Source: Candidatus Subterrananammoxibius californiae | Lineage (GTDB): Bacteria > Planctomycetota > Brocadiia > Brocadiales > Subterrananammoxibiaceae | Direction: 5' to 3' | Assembly (NCBI GenBank): GCA_030586555.1 | Contig: JAURAC010000004.1 | Coordinates: 37,800-101,799, forward strand | Length of the DNA stretch: 64,000 nt | Part shown: piece by piece, positions 1 through 7,951 of the stretch | Numbering within the stretch: the stretch's first letter is position 1 | Layout of the letters: each line of letters starts with the position of its first letter | Position numbers and translations under genes: made by a program | Notes under the pieces: generated by a model | Databases searched by the model: none | Seen by the model: the letters and a program-made list of their open reading frames with translations, nothing else | Told to the model about the DNA's origin: nothing

Positions 1-186
1 AGCCATTTCTCTTCCCCTTAGGGATTTTGCGCTCTGCTCGCCGAGAATCCATCGGAAGGCATCTACAACGTTGCTTTTCCCACAACCATTTGGACCAACA
101 ATCCCTGTAATCCCCGGTTCAAACGTAAAGGTTGTCTTATCGGCAAATGACTTAAAACCAAACGCTTCCAATTTTGTTAATTGCAT
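1..186 (-). CDS. smc: Chromosome segregation protein SMC, N-terminal fragment (gene runs off the window start)
   Basis: Own translation from ATG at 186: [58 protein letters not shown]. This is a canonical SMC head with Walker [10 protein letters not shown]. It is absent from the ORF track because it is cut by the window edge. Confidence 0.85.
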   Translation of the reverse strand, partial: MQLTKLEAFGFKSFADKTTFTFEPGITGIVGPNGCGKSNVVDAFRWILGEQSAKSLRGREMA

Positions 187-238
187 ATCACGAATCCTGA
201 GTTTTATAAGCTCACTAGTTCAACTTCAATTCGATCCT

Positions 239-423
239 TCACGGTATGTGTTGTTTCAAGAAGACGATCGAGCTCATTAAGGATTTTGCATGAAAGTAAC
301 GCTCTCCGCATTCAGTGCAAACCTCTGCCTCAACATTTTAAACAATGTAGAGCCTACCGTGGAGCCAGTGTTGCTTTTCACCTTCTTTTTTATAATCTTC
401 TCTTCGCAAAATTCACAAATCAT
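239..423 (-). pseudogene. Decayed YgiT/MqsA-type zinc-ribbon antitoxin-like gene (frameshift plus in-frame stop)
   Basis: Own translation: MICEFCEEKIIKKKVK, then after a frame change KQHWLHGRLYIV*NVEAEVCTECGERYFHAKSLM. The CxxC...CxxCGE pattern is typical of YgiT-type zinc fingers. GGAGG lies 5 nt before the ATG. No intact ORF of 60 aa or more. Confidence 0.35.
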
Positions 424-500
424 AATCCCTCCATATGTAACTTGCAAATTCTATAAAGGTATCTTACGCCCCCTTTTGTTTCTACTTCCACAGCAATTTT

Positions 501-524
501 ACAGGAATTATAAGACATTACCTT
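501..524. repeat. 24-nt exact repeat; inverted copy of 48599..48622
   Basis: acaggaattataagacattacctt is the exact reverse complement of aaggtaatgtcttataattcctgt at 48599..48622. The repeat contains a TATAAT hexamer. Confidence 0.8.
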
Positions 525-594
525 TTCTAATTCGGTTCGAAATGATTCGTAAGGTAAAAATAGAAATATTCTCTTTTCATCTTTAAGTTATGGG

Positions 595-1749
595 CTAAAT
601 AATACCCTTTGGTACAAAAATATCACTAATGGTGTTTACGACATAATTATCTGTCATGCCAGCCATAAAATCCAAAACTATCAACGCATTCGGCTCTTCT
701 TCGCTATAATTTATCTTTTTTATAAATTTATCTAATACATCATAAACTTTTGCATCAGGTAGTGAATCAGGATTTTTTCTCAATCTGTCTGTCTTTTTTA
801 AATCGTCTAACAGACGCGTAAACAATTCTTCCAATGCTCTTGTCGCGTGTTTCTTATATTTGTCTACAGCCCCACTTCGGTATATTTCTTTATAATTAAA
901 CTCTATTAATTTTTTCAGCAGTTCGTGCTTTTCATTGCTGAGAACTATTTTACCAGGATTTGCTTTACTATAATTAACTAAATCTTCTAAAAGCGTACCA
1001 ATAATTTTTCCATTATTTTCACCGAGCCCATTGATAATGTCCTTGGGAATAGAATCTTCTTTTATTAGACCAGCCACAAGAGCATCTTCAATATCTCTTC
1101 CAGCATATACTATTTTATCAACCATCCGAACAACACATCCTTCAATAGTACATGGCATCAACGCATCTTTTCTATCATTAATCTTTTCTAAATCCTTATT
1201 ATTTCTTTCAGGAACAAGCTCATTACTAAATTCTTCACCACAATGGGATATTATTCCATCTCTAACTTCATAGGTTAAATTTAAACCAGCTTCAGTTTCT
1301 CTATCAAGTTCAGCAAGCTTATCTACTACCCTTAAGCCATGTACTTCATGTTGAAAATTTATATTCAGATTAAACCTTTTGGATAAATCGCTTAATACCT
1401 TTTCCCCATGATGCCCAAAAGGTGCATGTCCAACATCATGACCTAATCCTATCGCCTCTACAAGATCTTCATTTACTTGAAGATGACGTGCTACAGTTCG
1501 AGATGCAGAAGCTACATGGAGCACATGCTCCATCCTTGTGCATATATGATCATTCTTTGGTAGAAAAAAAACCTGCGTTTTATGCCTTAATCTCCTAAAC
1601 GGTTGACTGTATATAATTCTGTGTATATCCCTTTGAAATTCGGTTCTATAACCATCTTGTTTAAGGGGTTTTTTTCTTCCCTTTGAATTTATACTTAATG
1701 TAGTTATAGGGTTTTTATAAATTGATTCTTCATCAAATGATGTATGCAT
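595..1749 (-). CDS. dgt: dGTPase-family HD-domain deoxynucleoside triphosphate triphosphohydrolase-like protein
   Basis: 384-aa ORF. Motifs: FQRDIHRIIYSQPFRRLRHKTQVF, RMEHVLHVASASR, GLGHDVGHAPFGHHGE (HD metal site), C-terminal MAGMTDNY. AT-rich relative to its neighbours. Confidence 0.8.
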   Translation of the reverse strand: MHTSFDEESIYKNPITTLSINSKGRKKPLKQDGYRTEFQRDIHRIIYSQPFRRLRHKTQVFFLPKNDHICTRMEHVLHVASASRTVARHLQVNEDLVEAIGLGHDVGHAPFGHHGEKVLSDLSKRFNLNINFQHEVHGLRVVDKLAELDRETEAGLNLTYEVRDGIISHCGEEFSNELVPERNNKDLEKINDRKDALMPCTIEGCVVRMVDKIVYAGRDIEDALVAGLIKEDSIPKDIINGLGENNGKIIGTLLEDLVNYSKANPGKIVLSNEKHELLKKLIEFNYKEIYRSGAVDKYKKHATRALEELFTRLLDDLKKTDRLRKNPDSLPDAKVYDVLDKFIKKINYSEEEPNALIVLDFMAGMTDNYVVNTISDIFVPKGII

Positions 1750-2383
1750 TTTGTTTTTCCAAGTTTCTCTCTATTTTTTCATCTAATATTTCGATAAGCT
1801 TATAACAAAGCACCTTTCTTTCTTGAATATCTTTTACCAAAGAAGAAATTTCTAAACCCTTATTATAAACAATCTTTAAGTTGGAGTTATCAATAATTGG
1901 AGATTTTTCTTTATATTCTTCAAGGAATAATTCACCAAATACTTCTGGTATTTTCTGTATTTCGTTTACAATTATAAAATTGGATAAACCCAACACCAAA
2001 GGATTATCATTTCCTTTAATTAATGATCGTGTATCATGTTTATATATAACAACTTTTCTCCCTGAGCTCCAAGCAATGCCAGCCTCAACCATAGCACCTT
2101 CATCGGGAACCCTACCATTTATATTTAGAACTAGTCCATTACTATCCAAGACTTGAAAAACATCTAGTGTAAAAATTGCTTTATTCAAGATATTATTTAT
2201 ATCTTTCTCAGATATGCCAAGCTCATTAAATACTTCCCATAGATTTGAAAATTCAAATCCATCCCTATGTGGAAGAAAAACTTTGAAGCCACTTGCTTCT
2301 AAAGTTGTTGCAATTTCTTGCATTTCTTCTTTTTCTTTTGTATTAAATAATGGACCCGCACAATAGATTTTTTTCATAGTCAT
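1733..2383 (-). CDS. Nucleoside 2-deoxyribosyltransferase-like protein
   Basis: 216-aa ORF. IYCAGPLFN N-terminus and DEGAMVEAGIA (catalytic Glu region) are typical of the Nuc_deoxyrib_tr fold. It overlaps the downstream HD gene by 17 nt. Confidence 0.6.
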   Translation of the reverse strand: MTMKKIYCAGPLFNTKEKEEMQEIATTLEASGFKVFLPHRDGFEFSNLWEVFNELGISEKDINNILNKAIFTLDVFQVLDSNGLVLNINGRVPDEGAMVEAGIAWSSGRKVVIYKHDTRSLIKGNDNPLVLGLSNFIIVNEIQKIPEVFGELFLEEYKEKSPIIDNSNLKIVYNKGLEISSLVKDIQERKVLCYKLIEILDEKIERNLEKQNAYII

Positions 2384-2570
2384 ATATCCTTTTTATTTAA
2401 AGGTTATTTTGGATCAAGTCCTATTTTCCCTGTGAAAACACGAGGCACAGATACCCTCCCCAAAAGATGGCGGACAGGCAATGCTACATAAACTAAGCTA
2501 CAAGTTTTTGGGTTTTGAACGAGTCTTTTCTAATTGCATATGCTTAATAGGTAATAGGCTATAGGGAAAA

Positions 2571-2605
2571 CCATAACCTATAACCCATGACCCATAACCT
2601 ATCAC
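2571..2605. repeat. Heptanucleotide tandem repeat, 5 copies (ccataac ctataac ccatgac ccataac ctatcac)
   Basis: Read directly from the sequence. Intergenic, between nrdG and the NDT-like gene. Confidence 0.9.
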
Positions 2606-2615
2606 CTCTATTTTT

Positions 2616-3350
2616 TCACCACTGTCTGCACAGTTCCTTTTTTGCTTCGCCTCTTACAAAGCAGTTCTTTACGTACGCCCTTGCACTTTTGGCAAATTGC
2701 CTGAGGGTTTCTACAGGACAGGGTATAATGTTGAGCATTTCATTGTCAAGACAATTATTAGGCTTGAACCCTTGTAAGACATACCTTTGAGCGCCTTTGA
2801 TGGTTCTGGCAATCTCCACTATATCGGATTCATTCAGAAAGGCAGGACTAACGGTGGTGCGAAATTCGTATTCGATGCCGCTACTCATTATTAATTCTAT
2901 GCTTCGCCGAATACTCGATAAATCATATGATACGCCCGTAACCTCTTCATACCTTTCCTCGCGTAACGGAGCCTTAATATCCATTGCCACACATTGAACA
3001 AGCCTGCGCCTTATCAGGTCTTCAAGAACATCAGGATTAGTGCCGTTCGTGTCTAACTTCACCTTCATTCCTAAAGAACTTAACGCCCCTATTAATTCCT
3101 CCAGATTTTTATGCAGGGTAGGTTCGCCCCCCGAAATAACAATCCCATCAAGCCATGCCCTATTGCGCTTTATAGCTTCTAATATATTTTCCACAGGGAT
3201 TGTCTCAAGCCTGTCAGATGGCTGAACGAGGTGCGGAGAGTGGCAATATGGGCACCGCAGGTTACAAGATGGTAGGAATATTATAGAAACTATATTCCCT
3301 TCCCATTCTATAAGGCTATTTTCTATGTATCCAGCAATTGGTATTGCCAT
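2616..3350 (-). CDS. nrdG: Anaerobic ribonucleoside-triphosphate reductase activating protein (radical SAM)
   Basis: CNLRCPYCHSP radical-SAM cluster motif and GGEPTL; lies directly downstream of nrdD. Start set at MAIPIAGY (ATG 3350). The longer ORF to 3422 runs through repeat-like sequence and overlaps nrdD. Confidence 0.85.
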   Translation of the reverse strand: MAIPIAGYIENSLIEWEGNIVSIIFLPSCNLRCPYCHSPHLVQPSDRLETIPVENILEAIKRNRAWLDGIVISGGEPTLHKNLEELIGALSSLGMKVKLDTNGTNPDVLEDLIRRRLVQCVAMDIKAPLREERYEEVTGVSYDLSSIRRSIELIMSSGIEYEFRTTVSPAFLNESDIVEIARTIKGAQRYVLQGFKPNNCLDNEMLNIIPCPVETLRQFAKSARAYVKNCFVRGEAKKELCRQW

Positions 3351-3399
3351 TTTATTTTTCTTGGACAGACGTCTGTCATGTTGAGCCCTTCGGCGTTGC

Positions 3400-5796
3400 T
3401 CAGGGTGAACTCCGCGAAACATCTCGGTAATTACCCTTATACATTTCTACTAACTGGGTTATCCTGGATTTATTCCATTTATTGACATGGCTTCCGTTGC
3501 ATCCCATCCTCGATATGCCGTAAGTATTCTCTGCCTCGCAGTACGGGCAAGAATTGGTTAGCCTTGGGATGGTGCGTTTACAGTCGTCGCATATAGTAAA
3601 TTCCGGGGAGATGGTTACCTGGGCAGCCTGTGTGTTATAATACGTTTTTCTAACAAGGTTCATGATGCTTGCCGCCGGTGGACGCTCCTCACCCACAAAG
3701 GCGTGAATTATCGCCCCGGATTCAATCAAGGTATGGAATTTACTCTGCCAGGCAATTCTCGTTACCATGTCAACTGGGGCATCCGCACGGAGGTGTATGC
3801 TATTTGTGTAATAGCAGTCATCCTTACTGAGGTCACCCTTAACAAGTTCTCGTGCTTGAGGATAGTTTCTCACATCGCTCTTTGCAAGCCGACGGCTGGC
3901 GCTCTCTGCCGGAGATTCTTCGAGGGAAAATTTTAGTCCGTGTTTTTTCCCTTCCTCTTTTACCCTGAAATACATATAAGAAATTATGCGTAAGCCGAGT
4001 TTCAGCATATCATCACCCTCGTGCAGTTCCCTGCCTGTCATATACTGGAGACATTCGTTCAAGCCAATAATGCCAACAATGTACGTGGACTTTTCCAGGT
4101 CCACATAGGGCCTGCCATCCATTGCCGGTTTACCAATCTCCCACAAAGGCATCTCGGCGCTTGACATAAGTTTCTTAACAAACCTTTTCTTCTGCAAATG
4201 TGCATTTATGGCAATATCTATGCCCCTGTCTATTTCTTTGTTGAGTTTTTCAAAATTGCCCTTGCCGGCACGATAGGCAGCCTGGGGCAGGTTTATCGTC
4301 ACATTCTGGAAGCCGCAGAATCTCATGCTCTCAGGATGCTGTATCATATAGTTGTCTTCAATCGTTGTGCGCAGACGGCAGCAAGCAGAAAGGGTAATCT
4401 CATCCCTGTCAAAGACAAAATAGGGGGCGCCATTTTCACTGGCAATCCGGCAGGCATATTCAAGGATTTCATATTGTTCAGGGTCGTCAAAAGTCTCAGA
4501 GTTTATATGCAAATCGCACTTCGGAAAGGCGAATGGATGTCCATCTCTATCCCCGGCGCGCCAGACGTCGAGCATGGCGAGTGTAACCCTTCTGGCGGTT
4601 AAGGCATAGTCGCCGTAGGTCTTGCCTGTGTACTTACCACTCGGTCCTATTGCAGGTATATTTCGCAGGTATCTGGGTATGCCTGTGTGGACATTAAAAT
4701 CGAGGAAGAGTGTTTGCCCGCCACGAGAAAAGGCGCTCTGGGAACAGCTAAAGATAAGATGCTGCGCCTCTTGCTTCATCTCCTCGTAGTCCATTCCTTC
4801 AAGGTATGGAGCATACATGATGTTAATATAACCAACGCCGAGGGCTCCTGCATAGTATGCCTGCATGGATGCAAGGAACGTGTTGAGATGGCCTGTAAGG
4901 GTGCGGGCATGCTTTGCTGGCGCAGAGGATGTGTCAAGATTCTGGAGCGATAAGCCATATTTCTTTAGATATTCCAGTGAATGAGATGAGCAATAAACAC
5001 GTGTTGGGTACCCAAGGTCGTGTAGATGCACGCCACCGCTGAGATGCATCTCCGCAACGTCCTTTGAAAAGACCTCCTTCAGTGCGTACTGCTTGAGGGC
5101 ATGCTCGGCAATTGCAAGATTAATCGCCTCAGGATTATTTGTAGCTATATTACTATTTTCATTGTTTTTTGAGAATATAAGCTGTTCTATGTCATACTTG
5201 GGCATGCCGATTATGGCTTGCTTTTCGAGCTTTACACTAAATCCCCTATCGAAAAGTTCATTGTCTACAAGTTCTCGTATAAGGGAGGTGGAAATGCGGC
5301 TTATACCTGAGGCAAAGATTTTCTTCTCAACTGCGCTTGCTACTTCAAGGGCGATATCGAATGGGATGTCAGCCTCTTTTTGAAGGGCAAGGGCAATCTT
5401 TTTTCTGTCCCAAGGAGTAGTCTCCTCCCTGGTACCAGCCTCCACCAATAAGGCTTTATCCGTTGTATCAGAATTAAGCTTGACCCGTTTACGAACCTGG
5501 AGGGCGGTGCGTATCCTTGCCCGTTTATCCCTGTAAAGGATATAAGCCTTTGCCGTTTTTGTGTGGCCAGTTTCAATAAGGGCACGCTCTACCAAATCCT
5601 GAATGTCTTCTATGCCTGGTACTTTATCTTTGAAGTCCTTTTCGATAAAATGTGTAACAAGATCAGTCAGTTCCTCCGCCATAGCACGGTCATCGCCGCC
5701 CACAGCCTGGGCAGCCTTGAATATGGCATCAGCAATCTTGGTTTTGTTGAATGGCGCTAACCGCCCGTCTCTTTTTTGTACCATTTCTACCGCCAT
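3400..5796 (-). CDS. nrdD: Anaerobic (class III) ribonucleoside-triphosphate reductase
   Basis: 798-aa ORF with an N-terminal ATP-cone (VQKRDGRLAPFNKTKIADAI), a C-terminal CDDC...CPYC zinc site and a Gly-rich tail. Strong RBS aggagg before the ATG. Flanked by nrdR and nrdG. Confidence 0.9.
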   Translation of the reverse strand: MAVEMVQKRDGRLAPFNKTKIADAIFKAAQAVGGDDRAMAEELTDLVTHFIEKDFKDKVPGIEDIQDLVERALIETGHTKTAKAYILYRDKRARIRTALQVRKRVKLNSDTTDKALLVEAGTREETTPWDRKKIALALQKEADIPFDIALEVASAVEKKIFASGISRISTSLIRELVDNELFDRGFSVKLEKQAIIGMPKYDIEQLIFSKNNENSNIATNNPEAINLAIAEHALKQYALKEVFSKDVAEMHLSGGVHLHDLGYPTRVYCSSHSLEYLKKYGLSLQNLDTSSAPAKHARTLTGHLNTFLASMQAYYAGALGVGYINIMYAPYLEGMDYEEMKQEAQHLIFSCSQSAFSRGGQTLFLDFNVHTGIPRYLRNIPAIGPSGKYTGKTYGDYALTARRVTLAMLDVWRAGDRDGHPFAFPKCDLHINSETFDDPEQYEILEYACRIASENGAPYFVFDRDEITLSACCRLRTTIEDNYMIQHPESMRFCGFQNVTINLPQAAYRAGKGNFEKLNKEIDRGIDIAINAHLQKKRFVKKLMSSAEMPLWEIGKPAMDGRPYVDLEKSTYIVGIIGLNECLQYMTGRELHEGDDMLKLGLRIISYMYFRVKEEGKKHGLKFSLEESPAESASRRLAKSDVRNYPQARELVKGDLSKDDCYYTNSIHLRADAPVDMVTRIAWQSKFHTLIESGAIIHAFVGEERPPAASIMNLVRKTYYNTQAAQVTISPEFTICDDCKRTIPRLTNSCPYCEAENTYGISRMGCNGSHVNKWNKSRITQLVEMYKGNYRDVSRSSP

Positions 5797-5812
5797 TGAG
5801 CCCTCCTCCTTT

Positions 5813-6280
5813 TTATTTCTTTTTATCTCCGGTTTTTATTAAAGGTTTCACTTCCTCTACAAAATCAGAAACATCTTTAAATTCCCTGTAAACGGAGGCA
5901 AACCTGACGTATGCCACATGGTCAAGCTCCTTGAGCTTTTTCATGATATATTCGCCAATGTATTTGGTGCTTACTTCCCTATCAAACTTATCATGTATGT
6001 GACGCTCAAGTTCGGTAACAATATCCTCGAGGGTTTCCGTAGATACAGGTCTCTTCTCACATGCTCTCACTAACCCAGCCATTACCTTACTGCGGTCAAA
6101 GCTAACCCTTCTGCCATCCTTTTTGATTACGCGTATAGGGCTTTCCTCAATCCTTTCGTGTGTCGTATAGCGCCTTCCACACTTGTAGCATTCACGTCTC
6201 CGCTTAACGATAAGACCGTCGCCAGACGTCCTGGAATTGACCACCTTATCATTGTTTTCCTTGCAAAAGGGACATCTCAT
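5813..6280 (-). CDS. nrdR: Transcriptional repressor NrdR
   Basis: MRCPFCKENNDKVVNSRTSGDGLIVKRRRECYKCGRRYTTHERIEE zinc ribbon plus ATP-cone, 155 aa. Confidence 0.95.
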   Translation of the reverse strand: MRCPFCKENNDKVVNSRTSGDGLIVKRRRECYKCGRRYTTHERIEESPIRVIKKDGRRVSFDRSKVMAGLVRACEKRPVSTETLEDIVTELERHIHDKFDREVSTKYIGEYIMKKLKELDHVAYVRFASVYREFKDVSDFVEEVKPLIKTGDKKK

Positions 6281-6310
6281 AAAAGATACCCTCCAATTTT
6301 AATCATATTT

Positions 6311-6355
6311 ACAATATGTTGAGTGAGTAATATATACCATACAATATATTGTATG
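6311..6355 (-). promoter_or_regulatory. Two tandem NrdR-box-like operators upstream of nrdR
   Basis: Perfect palindrome catACAATATATTGTatg (6338-6355) and a weaker acaatatgttgagt (6311-6324), offset by 30 nt. They resemble the 16-bp NrdR box acaCwAtATaTwGtgt, which usually occurs in pairs about 3 helical turns apart. Confidence 0.6.
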
Positions 6356-6384
6356 TCAAATAAATTTTTTTCTAAAAGTCGTAG

Positions 6385-7872
6385 CTACTTACCTATGCAA
6401 AAGTTGGAGAATATTTTATCGAGGATGTCCTCAGTGGTCGTCTCTCCAACCACTTCATCGAGGGTTTCCAGGGCTTCTCGCAAGTCAAGGGCTATAAGTT
6501 CATGAGTTCGTGCCTGTGCTGCCGCTTCCTTAGCGCATTCAATTAGTTCAAGAGTACGTTTAAAAGCAGCCTTATGTCGGGCATTCAGGGTTACAGCAGA
6601 TGCTGATTGGTCTATTCTGCCATCGTGAATAGTTCTAACCATGGCATTTTTCAAATCACCGAGCCCTTTACCTGTAACTGTGGAGGTCTTTACAATAGGA
6701 TGCCCTTTGAAATCCTCCGGTAAGGGCGTATTGCAATACGCCCCTACAATATCGCACTTATTTATTACAATAATTTTTTGCAAGGAAGGGAAGGAATTGA
6801 AGAGTTCGATATCTTCATCTTCTACCGCTTTACTGCCGTCAAGGACAAAAAGGATGAGTTGACCCATTTGCAATGAGTTATATGCCTTTGCTATGGCAAG
6901 GGATTGTGGAGTTCGGAGTTCGGAGTTCAGAGTTCGGAGTTCGAATTGCAGAATGCCTGCAGTATCGAGGAGTCGGAAATGGACGTTCCCCAACTCTAAT
7001 ACACCCTCCAGGACATCCCTCGTGGTGCCTGGTATGGGGGTCACGATGGCTTGTCGTCTTCCAAGCAAGGCGTTAAAGAGACTTGATTTGCCCGCATTGG
7101 GGCGCCCGCATAAAACAGTCTTAACGCCATCCGAGTGCACAACGGATGTGGTGGCATTGTGGTTTAAAAAGCCATTCAGTTTCTCATAAATTATATTTAA
7201 TCTTTCGGTTATTTCACTAACAGGGGCAAACTCTATATCCTGGTCTGAAAAATCTATGGATGCTTCAATCTCGGCGCAACATTCTATCAGGTCGAGCTGA
7301 ATCTCCTTTACCTTTTTGGATGTGTTCCCTTTTAGATGTGAGAGGGCAGCCCTTAAATCTGCATCGGTACGTGAGCGTATTAAGCCCATTACTGCCTCAG
7401 CCTGCGTAAGGTCAATGCGCCCGTGGAGAAATGCCCTTTTTGTAAACTCACCCGGCTGTGCGAGACGAATACAGCTCTTTGAAGTCTGCTTTAAAGAGAT
7501 TAGAGCCTCAACAATCATATCAAGTATTGGTGGTGAGCCGAAGGTGTGTATTTCGACAACGTCCTCTTTGGTGTAAGAATAGGGGGCTTTCATTATGTAA
7601 AGGGTTGAAGGAATCTCGATTTGTTCATGAGGCAAATGTACATTGCCTTTAAAGAACAGGTATGTCCTGGGTTGCATATTGCGAATTGCAGAGCGCTGAG
7701 TTTCTCCGTTAAGCACGGACAAACGAGTTTGTCCATGCCACCCTGCGGTTGGAATAAAGAGACGTTCTGCGCAAAAGAGGGCATCAGTGCCGCTTATCCT
7801 GATAATTGCGCAAAGGGAACTTCCTGATGGAGTGGAAAGTGCTACAATGGTGTCCTGTGAATCCTGATACAT
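6385..7872 (-). CDS. mnmE: tRNA modification GTPase MnmE, carrying two in-frame repeat-derived insertions
   Basis: 495-aa ORF. DTIVALSTPSG N-terminus, G1 GRPNAGKSSL, DTAG, NKCD, C-terminal CIGK. Confidence 0.9.
   Translation of the reverse strand: MYQDSQDTIVALSTPSGSSLCAIIRISGTDALFCAERLFIPTAGWHGQTRLSVLNGETQRSAIRNMQPRTYLFFKGNVHLPHEQIEIPSTLYIMKAPYSYTKEDVVEIHTFGSPPILDMIVEALISLKQTSKSCIRLAQPGEFTKRAFLHGRIDLTQAEAVMGLIRSRTDADLRAALSHLKGNTSKKVKEIQLDLIECCAEIEASIDFSDQDIEFAPVSEITERLNIIYEKLNGFLNHNATTSVVHSDGVKTVLCGRPNAGKSSLFNALLGRRQAIVTPIPGTTRDVLEGVLELGNVHFRLLDTAGILQFELRTLNSELRTPQSLAIAKAYNSLQMGQLILFVLDGSKAVEDEDIELFNSFPSLQKIIVINKCDIVGAYCNTPLPEDFKGHPIVKTSTVTGKGLGDLKNAMVRTIHDGRIDQSASAVTLNARHKAAFKRTLELIECAKEAAAQARTHELIALDLREALETLDEVVGETTTEDILDKIFSNFCIGK
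6908..6942. repeat. Heptamer tandem repeat (ggagttc x5, one variant) inside the mnmE CDS
   Basis: Read directly. Encodes ...FELRTLNSELRTP... immediately after the DTAG (G3/switch II) motif. Confidence 0.9.
7713..7743. repeat. 31-nt hairpin element gcacggacaaacNNgtttgtccatgccaccc inside the mnmE CDS
   Basis: Same element as 20345..20376, 20397..20427, 35232..35258, 52814..52844 and 55303..55332. Encodes GWHGQTRLSVL within the MnmE N-domain. Confidence 0.85.
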
Positions 7873-7951
7873 GAAAAATGCAACCGCTTAAAACCCCCTG
7901 TACCCAGACGTCTGGTTGCGGGGCTATAAAGCCAATAGATTTTTAGCTACG

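Noticed and set aside
3351-3422. N-terminal extension of the nrdG ORF (MFRGVHPEQRRRAQHDRRLSKKNK)
   Set aside because: It is encoded by repeat-like sequence (gtcatgttgagcccttcggcgttgctcagggtgaac, resembling the element at 12234..12302) and overlaps the nrdD 3' end. MAIPIAGY at 3350 fits NrdG N-termini better.
3440-3540. The glycyl-radical region of NrdD reads GISRMGCNGSHVNKWNK rather than the RxCGY-type motif I remember
   Set aside because: I cannot align it reliably from memory, and other frames give nothing better. The activase nrdG is intact downstream. It may be a normal lineage variant, so it should be checked only against an NrdD alignment.
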